A stretch of DNA of 64,000 bases from the human T2T-CHM13v2.0 reference genome, Homo sapiens, in the NCBI RefSeq assembly GCF_009914755.1, contig NC_060940.1. One strand, written 5' to 3'. The notes under the pieces were generated by a model. It worked only from the letters and a program-made list of their open reading frames with translations. It had not been told where the DNA came from and searched no databases. The first letter of the stretch is position 1. Each line of letters begins with the position of its first letter. Below are positions 38,695-53,163 of the stretch, in pieces. A program made the translations under genes and the position numbers.

Positions 38695-39033
38695 TGACCT
38701 CTGAACTGTTTTTGATTAATGGCTCTTAACTTTAAAAATGACAATCAAAGCAGTTTGAAATGAGCCTCGAGGAAGTGGGTAAAGGGGCTGCCACTCTGCT
38801 TAATTTTCTCCACACTGGGGTCTCATTTCCTCCTTGCCAGAGGGCTTGGAGAGTGAGACTTCCAAAGCAGCTCCAGTTTCCACAGGACCCACTAGGTGGG
38901 ATACCTGTGAGTGGGAAGGGAGGTTTCAAGCCCTTCCCGAGAGACAAGAGCCCCACTGCACTCAGCCTGCCTTCCCCACAGGGCCCTCCTCCGCCCACCT
39001 GCCCTCCCCAAGGTCTCTCCAGACTTCCTGTGA

Positions 39034-40033
<1,000 letters not shown>

Positions 40034-40821
40034 TGAACTCCTGACCTCAGGTGAACCATCCACCTCGGCCTCCCAAAGTGCTAATCCCAGGAGGCCGAGG
40101 CAGGTGGATCACATGAGGCCAGCAGTAGTGCAAGACCAACCTGGAAAACAGGACAAGACCCCGTCTCTAGTAAAATTATAAAAATTAGCTGGGTGTGGTG
40201 ATGTGCGCCTGTAGTCCCAGCTACTGGGTGTGGAGGCTGCAGTGAGCCAAGTTCACACCGGTGCACTCCAGCCTGGGCAACAGAGTGAAATTCTGTCTCA
40301 AAAAAAAAAAAAAAAAGAGAAAAGAAAAGAAAACTTGAATAGCCTTAAATATAATTAATAAGGCTGGGTGCGGTGGCTCACACCTGTAATCCCAGCACTT
40401 TGGGAGGCCAAGGCGGGCAGATCACGAGGTCAGGAGTTTCAGACCAGCCTGACCAACATGATGAAACCCCATCTCTACTAAAAATACAAAAATTAGCCAG
40501 GCATGGTGTCCGGCACCTGTAATCCCAGCTACTCAGGAGGCTGAGGCGGGAGAATCCCTTGAATCTGGGAGGCGGAGGTTGCAGTAAGCCAAGATCGCCC
40601 ATTGCACACCAGCCTGGGCAACAAGAGCAAAACTCTGTCTCAAAAAACAAAAAACAAACAAAACAAAACAAGACAAAACACTTTCCTACAAGATTAATTT
40701 GAGGTCGGTGCCTAAAGTAAAAGCTTTATCTTTGGAACTAGCACAGCTCTCTAGGCATCAAGAGCAAGGTTTTTCTTTTTCACTCCCAGAAGTGCTCTTT
40801 TTAATTTTTTTTTTTTTTTGA

Positions 40822-41049
<228 letters not shown>

Positions 41050-41109
41050 TAGGCCTCCCAAAGTGTTGGGATTACAGGCGTGAGCCACCGTGCTTGGCTC
41101 TTTTTTTAA

Positions 41110-41379
<270 letters not shown>

Positions 41380-43208
41380 TGAGCCTCCTGCCTCACCCTC
41401 CCAAAATGCTGGAATTACAGGCATGAGCCACTATACCTGGCTCAAAGATTTCTTAAATAGGACACAAAAAGCACAAATGATTTTTTAATCAACAAATTAA
41501 GCCAGGTGCGGCGACTCACGCCTGTAATCCCAGCACTTTGGGAGACTGAAGCGGGCCAATCACTTGAGGTCAGGAGTTCGAGACCAGCCTGGCCAACATG
41601 GTGGTCTACTAAAAATACAAAAATTAGCTGGGTGTGGCAGCCTGTAGTCCCAGCTACTCAGGAGGCTGAGGCACAAGAATTCCTTGAACCCAGATGGCAG
41701 AGGTTGCAGTGAGCCGAGATTGCGCCACTGCACTCCAGCCTAGACCACATAGTGGGACTCTGTCTCAAAAAAAAAAAAAAAAAAAAAAAAAAATGATCAG
41801 CCTGGCCAACATGGTGAAACCCCATCTCCCCCATCTCTACTAAAAATACAAAAATTAGCCAGGCATGGTGGTGTGCGCCTCTAACGCCAGCTACTTGGGA
41901 AGCTGAGGCAGGAGAATTGCTTGAACCCAGGAGGCGGAGGTTGCACTGAGGTGAGATTGCACCACTGCACCCCAGCCTAGGAGACAGAGCAAGATTCTGT
42001 CTCAAAGAAAAGTCAGCAAATTAAATTTTAACCAGATTTAAAACTTTTGTTCTTCAAGATGATGACAGAAAAAAAAAAAAAAGACAAGTCATGGATCAAG
42101 AAAATATTCACAAAACAGAATCTGACAAAGGACTCATTATCTGGAATATCTAATGATCAAGGTCTCTTACAAGTCAATCAGAAGACAAACAATTCAGTTT
42201 TTAAAACAGGCAAAACATATGAGCAAACACTCGACCAAAAATTTTGACAGGACTTTAGAGTCCCACAGACCTCGGTTAAAATCCTGGCTTTACCACCCTC
42301 AGGCTATGTGATGTTGAATGTCACCTCTCTGAGCCTCATTTTTCTCATCAGCAAAGTGGGAGAGATACGTAACTAAATAGGTAGTCAAGGAGATTAAACA
42401 TAATATTCTGAACTTATTTAGGTCCCTAATAAATGCCAGACACCCTCTTCTTCCCCTGTCAAATAGAGGATGTATATATGTATACATACAAATATATATA
42501 TATATATACACTTTTTGTGTGTGTAGAGATGGAGTCTGGCTATATTGCCCAGCTGGTCTCAAACTCCTTGGCTCAAGCCATCTGCCCACCTCAGCTGAGA
42601 TTACATGCCTGGCAGAGAACGGGCTTAGTGTGTAAGCCGGGGAAGGCTGGGCCAGGTAAGAGGTCTCAATGTCTGAGGCCAGAGGGCAAATGCCCACATT
42701 GTATCCAAAGGAATGTGAAGTGTTCAAGACAGAAAAATGTGTCCCAAAGAGTGCACTGGAGCTACAAGGTCTGAAGCCACCAAGAGCTGCAAGGCAGCTG
42801 TATGGGGAGGGAATAGGGATGGGTGGGGTATCAGGAAAGTAAGAGCAAGTACGATGGCATCAGAATGGAGAAACTGGGCTGGGCACGGCAGCTCATGCCT
42901 GTAATCCCAACACTTTGGGAGACCCAGGCAGGAGGATCATTTGAGGCCAGGAGTTTGAGATCAGCCTGGTCAACATAGTGAGACCCCACGTCTATAAAAA
43001 ATAAAAATAAAGGGGCTGAAGTGGGAGGATCACTTGAGCTCAGGAGGTCCAGCCTGCAGTGAGCTATGATCGCACCACTGCACTCCAGCCTGGGCGACAC
43101 AGCAAGACGCTGTCTCTAAAACTAAATGGCAGAGCGCGGTGGCTCACAACTGTAATCCCAGCACTTTGGGAGGCCAAGGCAGGTGGATCACTTGAGGTCA
43201 GGAGCTCA

Positions 43209-43550
<342 letters not shown>

Positions 43551-44337
43551 TTACATAAAGGGACAGAGAAGCCTCCTGGGGAACAGGGGCCTAGCGGGGA
43601 CAGGATTGCAGCCACCTGCAGCGGCCAACTGGAGATGGCAGCGGTGGCCCACCGCAGGGGGTGTAGGTGGTCAGGGGCCACTGAACCCTCCCCTGTGGAG
43701 CATACCCCCGAGGGTGCCCGGCAGCTGGGGACTGGGCTCCACAGGGAGTTCAGAGTGGCTGCTGACTCCACGGAGCACTGTTGTTACTTGGGCCCCACAC
43801 AAAACATCTACCTTGAAATCCATCCTTGGGAGAAACTCCTCTCAGGTCTTGGCATCAGGAGGAGCTGGGCATGTCCAGGTCTCCGGCTTGGTTCCTGCCG
43901 GGAGCAGAACGGAAGGCAAGTAGCTCAGCCTGACCCCCTGCCTGGGAGCCTGGGTGAAACGACTAGCAGCACGTCATCAAGCTGGCCGCACTGCCGCTCT
44001 AGGGTCTGGGTAACTAGACACTCCTCATGGGAAGGGGTGGCAGATGTGGCAGAGACGTGAAGAGCCCTCATTCCTCCGGCATGAGGAGCCGGAGCCTTCA
44101 CTTATTTGAACCCTGCTGGACTCCTGTGCAGGCCTTGTCTCTCACAGGGCCACAGCAGCTGCCCAGGACAGAGTCTGACGCCCCAGGCCTCTGTCAGGAG
44201 TGCCGAGACTTCCTTCCCCAACTCCTGCTACTTCTCTGAAGAATAACCTGGCCAAGGCAAGAGGCTGCATTCAGGCCTGGGCGCCATGGCTCACGCCTGT
44301 AATCCCAGCACTTTAGGAGGCTGAGGTGGGCGGATCA

Positions 44338-45390
<1,053 letters not shown>

Positions 45391-45685
45391 CTAAATATAA
45401 TGTGGTGTCACAAGGGATCCTGAAGCAGAAAAGGACATTAGGGGAAAACTAGAAAAATAAAAAAAAAGTGTGAAGTTGAATTAGTAAGAAAAATTTTAAA
45501 AAAGGGTGAAGTTGAATTAGTATTAATGTACCGTACATCCACACAATACACTGTTATTCAACAATAAACAAAAGGACTGGGCACGGTGGTTCACGCCTGT
45601 AATCACAGCACTTTGGGAAGCCAAGGGGAGCGGATCACCTGAGGTCAGGGGTTTGAGACCAGCCTGGCCAACATGGTGAGACCTA

Positions 45686-46333
<648 letters not shown>

Positions 46334-46924
46334 TTACTCAAACAAAAAGTTTATATCTATCTATCTATCTATATGTATCTCTTACAAACTGTATACATAT
46401 AAACTGCATATATACACACACACAACTAAAAAAGAAAAGCACACTGGGCACAGTAGCCCACACCTGTAACCCCAGCACTTTGGGAGGCTGATCTGGGAGG
46501 ATCGGTTGAGTGCAGGAGTTTGAGACTAGCCTGGGCAACATAGCAAGACCCTGCCACTACAAAAAAAAGTTTCTTAATTAGCCAGGTGAAGTGGTGCACT
46601 CCTGTAGACCCAGCTACTTAGGAGGCTGAGGTGGGAGGATCACTTGAACCCAGGAGTTCAAGGCTGCATTGAGCTATGATCACACCACTGTACTCCAGTG
46701 TAGAGAGATGTTGTCACCCCTACTGGGTGACAGTAACACCCTGTCTCTAAAAACAAAACAAACAAAAAGCCAAGGAGTGCTGTTTCAGATGTGCTATAAA
46801 GGCCACCCTAGCAAGAGGCAGCCACATTTATAAGTGCTGACAGGGACCTGAAATAGCAATGTGGTCACAGGAAGGGAGAACTTAGTGAGATCGGGTGGTT
46901 CATGAGGTGTCCCCTGGATGCATG

Positions 46925-47390
46925 AGTAGTTGTTTCCTATTGGGGCTGTTAACAAATTACCACAAACTGAGAGGTTGAAAACCACACCAATTTATTATCT
47001 TACAGTTCTAGAGGTCAGGAGTCCAAAATGGTTTTCACCAGGCTGAAGTCTTGTCAGTGCGGCTTTGTTTCTCCACGGAGGCTCTGGGGCAGAATCCAAT
47101 GCCTTTTCCAGCTCCTCCAGGGGCCACCTCATCGCCTGGCCCCAGGCCTTCTTGCCATCTTCACAGCCAGAAGCTTCCTTGCTTCATGCGCAGACCCTCG
47201 TGACTCCCCTTCCCTTATAAGGGCCCCCATGATTACTCAGGGCCCACCTCAACCATCCACGGTCATCTCCCCACCACGAAATCCTGAACTGAAGCACAGG
47301 CGCCGGGTCCCTTTTGCCACGCAAGGTAACACTTTCCCACGTCCTGGGGTTCCAAACCTGGACATCTCTGGGGGCTGTTATTCCACCCAC
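46925..47390 (-). mobile_element. MLT1-type (MaLR) solo LTR
   Basis: Typical MLT1 3' end in antisense: gctgttaacaaattaccacaaactg...aatttattatcttacagttctagaggtcaggagtccaa. Ends approximate. Confidence 0.7.
46991..46996 (-). terminator. Candidate distal poly(A) signal of CD2BP2 inside an MLT1 LTR
   Basis: AATAAA on the minus strand at the position of the LTR's own signal. Confidence 0.5.
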
Positions 47391-49064
47391 CGTCATCAGT
47401 GAGGCGCCTTCAGGAGGGGCTGTGAGGTCACGTGAGGTCGGCTTCAGAAGGGCTAGGTTTGAGTGCCTGGAGGACACTGGCAGGAGGCGCCCCTGGGCTC
47501 CATCCATTTACCACGCACGCACTCAGCACCCCTGAGACCATCCCTGGGGCCTACAGGAGAACCCTGTACCTCAGCAGCCCTGAAACCTGCTTTCCACTTC
47601 CGGACCTTTCTGAAATCAAGACGCATCTTTAGATCAATGGCATCTTACTGTGTCACCGGCAGGCCTCTTCTTTCTTAGTGACGTTTAAAGGAAGGTATCT
47701 TACCCCTGATGGCTTCTTGGAGTGAATGAAATTCCGGTGTGAGCAGGCACTAGAAGGGGCCTCACAAGAGTGTCAGGTGACCCCACTCCGCCCTGGCCCC
47801 CAAGTCTTTCCTAGTTGCTCATCTGGCCCTTTCTGACCTGGGATCCCAAGTGTCCTGCAGCTCCAGTGCCCAGACCCCCATAACTAACAGACCCCACTAA
47901 AGCCACACACATGCTCAGCTCTCCAACCACGGTGGGGTCCAGGAGCCACCCCTCCCGCTAGGTGTGCCTAAACCATGGGGATCTGACTCAGGGGCTCTCT
48001 CTCGGCCTGGCTGCAAGCTGAAAACACCTGGGGGCTTCCAAAATGCCCAATGCCTGGGCCACAACCTAGACCAGCTCAATCTGAATCTCCAAAGAGATAT
48101 TACAGCTCCCCAGGAGACTCCAAGGGGCAGCCAGAGTGCAAAACCGGAAGAAACCATCTAACGTGGGGCAAGGGAGGCGTAAGGCAATGCTGGTGGGGCG
48201 TGGAGGTGGAGGGTGCCAGGCCCAGGCTATAGAATTACATCTGTCTATTTCCCATGCCCCTGCCACCAGACTCTGAATTCCTGGAAGGGGACCAACCCAG
48301 CTACCTCAGTTTCCTCAAGGCACTAGCCCTGTGCCAGGCACATAGTGGGGTCCAGAGAATGTAGGCCGCAGGGCCTCCAAGGCCAGGCAGCAAAGGCTTT
48401 GTGCCAAGAAAGGTCTGGGAAAGGAGCCCACTGGGTCTGGGCCAGCCCTTTGATTCCTGTGATCTCCAGTGAGTCACTGCCCCTCTCTGTGCCAGTACAA
48501 TGCACACTTGGCCCACACTTGGCCACTGAGTTTGCACTTCACTGAAGGGCTGTGGGAACGACGGCAAGGATAGAGGAAAGCCAGATTAGGGAAGACACTG
48601 GCTCTCAGAACCTTAGGGATCTCGGTCTTGGGCCACTCATCCCACTTCTGCCCAGCATCTAAGGAGCTTGAGAGGGTGAAGCGAGAGTAAGAGGGTTCCA
48701 TGCTCACCCCCAACAGGGTCCCAATGTCTTCTCGATGCCCTGGTCCTTCTGGGCCTAAAACATCCACTTCTGGGGCTCTGTCCTCTGGTGGCTACAAGGA
48801 TAAAGAATCTGAGGTCCTGAAAGCCAAAGACCTAAGAGGAATCGAACAAGAAACCTGGGAGAGGAGCACAGAGCAGCGCAGTTGGGGGTGTTTACACGGC
48901 AAGCAGAGTCCAGGCAGGGAGGCCACAGGATACCTGACAGGCACCTCCAAGGAGGATCTTCATGGGAGTACTCAGGGACCAAGACAAGTCCAAAGGGACT
49001 GTGGAGAAGGCCCCTGGCTTCTGGCCATCAGCACAGCCAAGGCCCCAGTACACAACTAAAGGCT

Positions 49065-49070
49065 TTTATT
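49065..49070 (-). terminator. Proximal poly(A) signal of CD2BP2
   Basis: AATAAA on the minus strand ~117 nt after the stop codon. Confidence 0.7.
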
Positions 49071-49186
49071 GGGAAAGGGAAATTGACTGAAAAATGGCCT
49101 CCAATTTCCTCGCTGCCTGAGACACTTGGTGCCTCCTCCACAAAGTCCAGGAAAGAAGGGCCCACCAAACTGGGCCCCCAGCAGGC

Positions 49187-49297
49187 TCAGGTGTAGAGGT
49201 CAAAGTCAATGCGTTTGGAGTTGTAGAACTGACCACCAGGGGGGTCCAGCTTCCGGCAATAAACACCGTCCGGGAAGTAGCCTTCACTCACCCAGGT
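49187..49297 (-). CDS. CD2BP2: CD2BP2 (U5-52K) last coding exon, GYF domain C-terminal half, TGA stop
   Basis: [36 protein letters not shown]. The six coding exons total 1026 nt = 341 aa + stop. Confidence 0.97.
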
Positions 49298-49382
49298 CTG
49301 CAAGGAGAGGGCAGAGCTGGGGAACAACTGACAGGAGTGGGGGAAGCAGGGACAAGGCAGGAGGAGGGAGAAAGCAGCTCAC

Positions 49383-49489
49383 CTGCATCTGGGCGCTGGT
49401 GAAGGGCCCATACAGCTCGGCATCCCCCGTGTTCTCCCACTTATATTCCCACATCACATCCACCAGACCATCTCCCCGCGACTCTGCTT
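49383..49489 (-). CDS. CD2BP2: CD2BP2 coding exon 5 (GYF domain N-terminal half)
   Basis: [35 protein letters not shown]; AG/GT boundaries; 107 nt. Confidence 0.96.
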
Positions 49490-49569
49490 CTAAAATAACA
49501 GGCAAAGCCATTTGGCCTCCAGTGTCTCACTTCCTACCCACTGCCCCCTCCTCTGTCCTCCAAGCTCAC

Positions 49570-50002
49570 CTCCTCTCTGGGTAGGGGTTGGGGTCTCCAG
49601 TTCCTCCTCCGCCAACTCCTCAGCGAACATGTCCAGGGAGGGTGGGGGTGTGGGATTGTGGGGTCCTAGGGTCTGACACCCCAAACCCTTCAGACGCATA
49701 GCCAACCGTTCCCTTGTTTCCTGGTACACACCAAGGTTGCCCCGGGCCACCATCTGGTCGGCCAACCCGGAGAGCCGGTCCAGGCGCTGAGGGGAACTGG
49801 GTTGCCCAGGCCCCTTTCTCCCTTTGCCTCCTCCTCGGGCCCCCAGACGCCTCAGTGCCCCAGCCACTGTCTCTCTAGGCAATAGGAGCTCCAAAAGTCC
49901 CTCCAAGAGGGCTTGGGCACTCATTGAGGTCTGGCCCAAGCTGTCCTCCTCCTCCGAGTCTGAGGCCTGGCGCTGGCCAGGTGGCCGCTCCCGGATCTTC
50001 AC
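49570..50002 (-). CDS. CD2BP2: CD2BP2 coding exon 4
   Basis: VKIRERPPGQ...ETPTPTQRG; 433 nt; AG/GT boundaries. Confidence 0.96.
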
Positions 50003-50102
50003 CTGTAATGGGAAGATGGAGTGATTTCCCACCAACTGCCACGGGAGCAGGCCCAGCATCTGCCACTCCCAGGCCCCAGCCACGCCAGCCCCTGGGCCGC
50101 AC

Positions 50103-50260
50103 CCAGTCAATGTTGTCCAGCCAGCTGTCTCGGATCTGAGCATCCCGGTTCAGGAAGTAGTTGCCATCGGCATCAAAGTGGCCTTCCTCCATCTCCTCCT
50201 GCAGGTTAAAGGGTGTGATCCGAACACCCCCCTCGCTGGGGAGTGTGGCTGCCTCCTGAC
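50103..50260 (-). CDS. CD2BP2: CD2BP2 coding exon 3
   Basis: QEAATLPSEGGVRITPFNLQEEMEEGHFDADGNYFLNRDAQIRDSWLDNIDW; 158 nt. Confidence 0.96.
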
Positions 50261-50385
50261 CTGCACCAAAGACACAGGTGCCCTTTTCCAGGCATGGAAA
50301 AAAGAGACCGGAGCCTCCCTCGCTCCACACCACCAGAGGCCCCTACTTGTTTTTCCAGCAGAGTGTATTCTTGGGTACAGCTTAC

Positions 50386-50524
50386 CTTCTACATCCTCTG
50401 AGGCCAAGATGTCATATTTGCTGGACCCCCCATCATCATCATCCTCCTCCTCATCGCTATCCAAAGAGTGTTTGCCTTTAAAGCGGCTCCCAGGACCCCC
50501 TGACCCAGCCACAGGGTCCACCAG
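50386..50524 (-). CDS. CD2BP2: CD2BP2 coding exon 2
   Basis: LVDPVAGSGGPGSRFKGKHSLDSDEEEDDDDGGSSKYDILASEDVE; 139 nt. Confidence 0.96.
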
Positions 50525-50805
50525 CTGTGAGCAGGAGCCAGAAAGTTGAGAAATGCAGGTTACTGGCTACCTCCCCAAATACTTCCGGATCTGGACCCAA
50601 ATATTCCCCAAATATTTCAGGATCTCGACTACTTCCCCAAATATTTCAGGAGCCACACTAAAGACGCTCCCAACCCATTCCTCAGAGAACCTGAAAAAAC
50701 TAGGCTTTTCTCTGCCTGCCCGCCCCGCCCCTCTCCCGCCAGCTTTCTTCCTCTTCAGGCTTCTAGCTCCTCTTTCCCCCACACAAAGCAGTCTGGCCCC
50801 CTCAC

Positions 50806-50883
50806 CTTCTTCTTGGGGACAATGATTTCATCCTCATCCTCCTCATCTCCCACGCCTTGGAAGGTCACTTTCCTCTTTGGCAT
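50806..50883 (-). CDS. CD2BP2: CD2BP2 first coding exon (exon begins at 50909 with 5'UTR)
   Basis: MPKRKVTFQGVGDEEDEDEIIVPKKK; aag|gtgag donor. Confidence 0.96.
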
Positions 50884-51084
50884 GACGGGGCAAAGAGGTG
50901 TTTCTCAAGCTGAGGAAAGAATGCAGAGGAAGGGAACCGGGTGAGGAGGGGACTCGCCAACAGACGCAGCACAGCAAACATTTTTCCTGGTCTGTGACAG
51001 GTACAGTTTGGGAGCGGAGGGAGCACAAAAGCAGGGGCCGAAAGGAAGCTGGCAGCCAGGAGGCCTCCAGGACTTGGGTCTAGC

Positions 51085-51800
51085 ATCCGCGAGTTAAACG
51101 GGGCGGGGACGGAGGAGCGGACCCTCTGGATCCCCCGACCCTGGCTGAAAGGAGACAGGCTTCACCACGTGACCGCCCCCAACTCCAGCCCCCGCAGTCT
51201 GCGCGCCACCGGCTCCACGGGCTGACCCCCGCTCTCTACCCTGGCTCTCTCGGAGCTCGCCGGGCCCGGGCAGACCCAGGACCTGGCGCTCTCGCCACCC
51301 CGTTCCTCCCTGCTCCGAACTCCCAATTCCGTGTGGTGAGCCCCAACTGTCCCGGGCTGTGTACAACTTAGAGGGCCACGGGGATTCGGGCGGTCCCACC
51401 CTCGCGCACTCACCTGGGAATCCGCGGAAGGCGAGGTGGAAAAAAGAAGAGATGCTTGCGCCAGGGCTACATCCGGGGCACCCGGCCGCCATCACCCGGA
51501 AGAGGACTGCGGAAGGCGCCCGGGAAGCCCGGAAGTGGCTTCACTCGGGTTAGGGAACTAACTGGAAGAGCGGGCGGAAGTATGCGATAAGCGAGCGAAG
51601 ACGCCTCCACCCTCTCTCCCGCCAGAAGTGACGTCAGTCACGTGGGAGGACAATGGTGAGAAGAGGGAACCTAAGAATTCCTGGACTCTGACTGGGCGTG
51701 AGAAATGGCCGGAAGTAGCTTCGAGTCCGTCATTCAAGCAGTAGAGGCTCTGGAGAAAAACTGGAGCGCATCTGCTTAAAGGGCCGCCCAGGGTCAGGAT
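51085..51800. promoter_or_regulatory. Bidirectional CpG-island promoter (CD2BP2 and a divergent + strand transcript)
   Basis: Several CGGAAG ETS motifs, YY1-like GCCGCCATC 51485-51493 and AAATGGCC 51703-51710, CRE TGACGTCA 51629-51636, E-box GTCACGTG 51637-51644. Confidence 0.85.
51414..51520 (-). other. CD2BP2: CD2BP2 non-coding exon 1 (5' end approximate)
   Basis: Consensus CAG|gtgagt donor at 51414 inside the CpG island. Confidence 0.7.
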
Positions 51801-52519
51801 GGAGGGGCAAAGTCCGAGCAGGGTCAGTGGGTTGCTGCTCCGTTTTCCTGTCCTGGGTTCAAGTCACCCTTCCCCCAGGGCTAAGGGCTCAGCGCCCCTA
51901 CCGTCTCGTTAGAAATCCTGCCTTCCCATTCCTATGGTCCAGTGGTCAGCCCTCCTAGCCTGAGAGGTGCAGCCTTGCCTCTCCGAGGGGAAGCCTGACT
52001 CTCCCGATGGCCAGCCTGGGGCCCCTGGACGGCTCTCCGGGCACTTTCTGAACACACCTCCCTTTAGGACCCAGGGGAAATAATTTGTCCCACGCCCATA
52101 CCCTGGGCGAGTTCCTGGTTTCTGAGGTGGGAGAGCCATCACTGGAGAGGTGGCATTGGCGCCAGTACTCAGGCCAGAAGCCCCTTGTGCCCTGCTCTCA
52201 GGTAGGCCTGGAAAAGGGCAACAGTGCCTCTCTGCAGCATGAAGCCCCCCTGAGCAAACAGGGCCTAGCAACTCCTGCCCAGGTAGCGGAATGTGGCCCA
52301 AGCAGAAGGGGGAATTGGGGAGGTAGCGGGGATCAGCCCCTGTGCTGGGACCCCTAGCTCTTGACACTCGGAGCCTGCATCCCCCTAAGCCAAGACTGTG
52401 CGCAGGCAGCACGTGCTGAAGCCAGACGAGGACAGCATGAGAGTTCCCCTACTCTTCCCCCAGGCAACTAGATGGGCCACTTCTCTCTCCCTAGGGGTTT
52501 CCTCCCATATTGGATCACG

Positions 52520-53163
52520 ATGAAAACTGCACAGAAAGTCCGTGCTCAGTTTCTTCCATGGTTACAGAACACAGGCCCCAGACCAGGAAGGCATTCTGCT
52601 AAAGAAGGGGACCCGAAACCTCAGCTACCAGCGCCGATGGTTCATCCTCCGAGGAAACCTCCTCTTCTACCTAGAACACTAGACCGACCATGCACCCCTG
52701 GGCCTCATCCTGTTAGAGAACTGCCAGGTGGAACCACACCTTAAGGCTGCAGAACCCTATGCCTTTACCATCCTGACCCCTGGGGTGGAGGGCACAGGTG
52801 GGCGGGCCTACAAGCTGGCTGCAGAAACCCAGGAAGAGCTGGAGACTTGGCTGTGGGCACTGGCTGGCGCGAGCTGGAGGCGGCTGGCTGGGCTGCTGTC
52901 CCCCCTCCCCCCCCACCAAAACCCAATACTGGGAGCTGTGCCAGGCAACTGGCCAAGAACCCATCTCATCCCCAGAGGACAGTGGCTTTCTAGCCACTGT
53001 GAGTACCCCCTCCAGCTTCCAGGAGTTGCATGAGCACTTTGGGAAGGAGATCCGGGTGCTGCACGTGGTACATAGAGAGCTCCAGGCAGCCAGTGACAAT
53101 GGAGACAGCAGATCCCAGGCAAAGATGGAGCAGGAGCTCAACCAGTGTCTGATGAGTGACTGA
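52520..53163 (+). pseudogene. Sesquipedalian/IPIP27 (PHETA1/PHETA2, FAM109)-like pseudogene: PH domain plus F&H motif
   Basis: Frame-corrected translation MKLHRKSVLSFFHGYRTQAPDQEGILLKKGTRNLSYQRRWFILRGNLLFYLEH*TDHAPLGLILLENCQVE...AYKLAAETQEELETWLWALAGASW...FQELHEHFGKEIRVL..., colinear with recalled PHETA1. Confidence 0.88.

Noticed and set aside
51928-52010. tRNA-like start (tcctatggtccagtggtcag, A-box-like)
   Set aside because: No B box (GTTCRA) and no cloverleaf follows.
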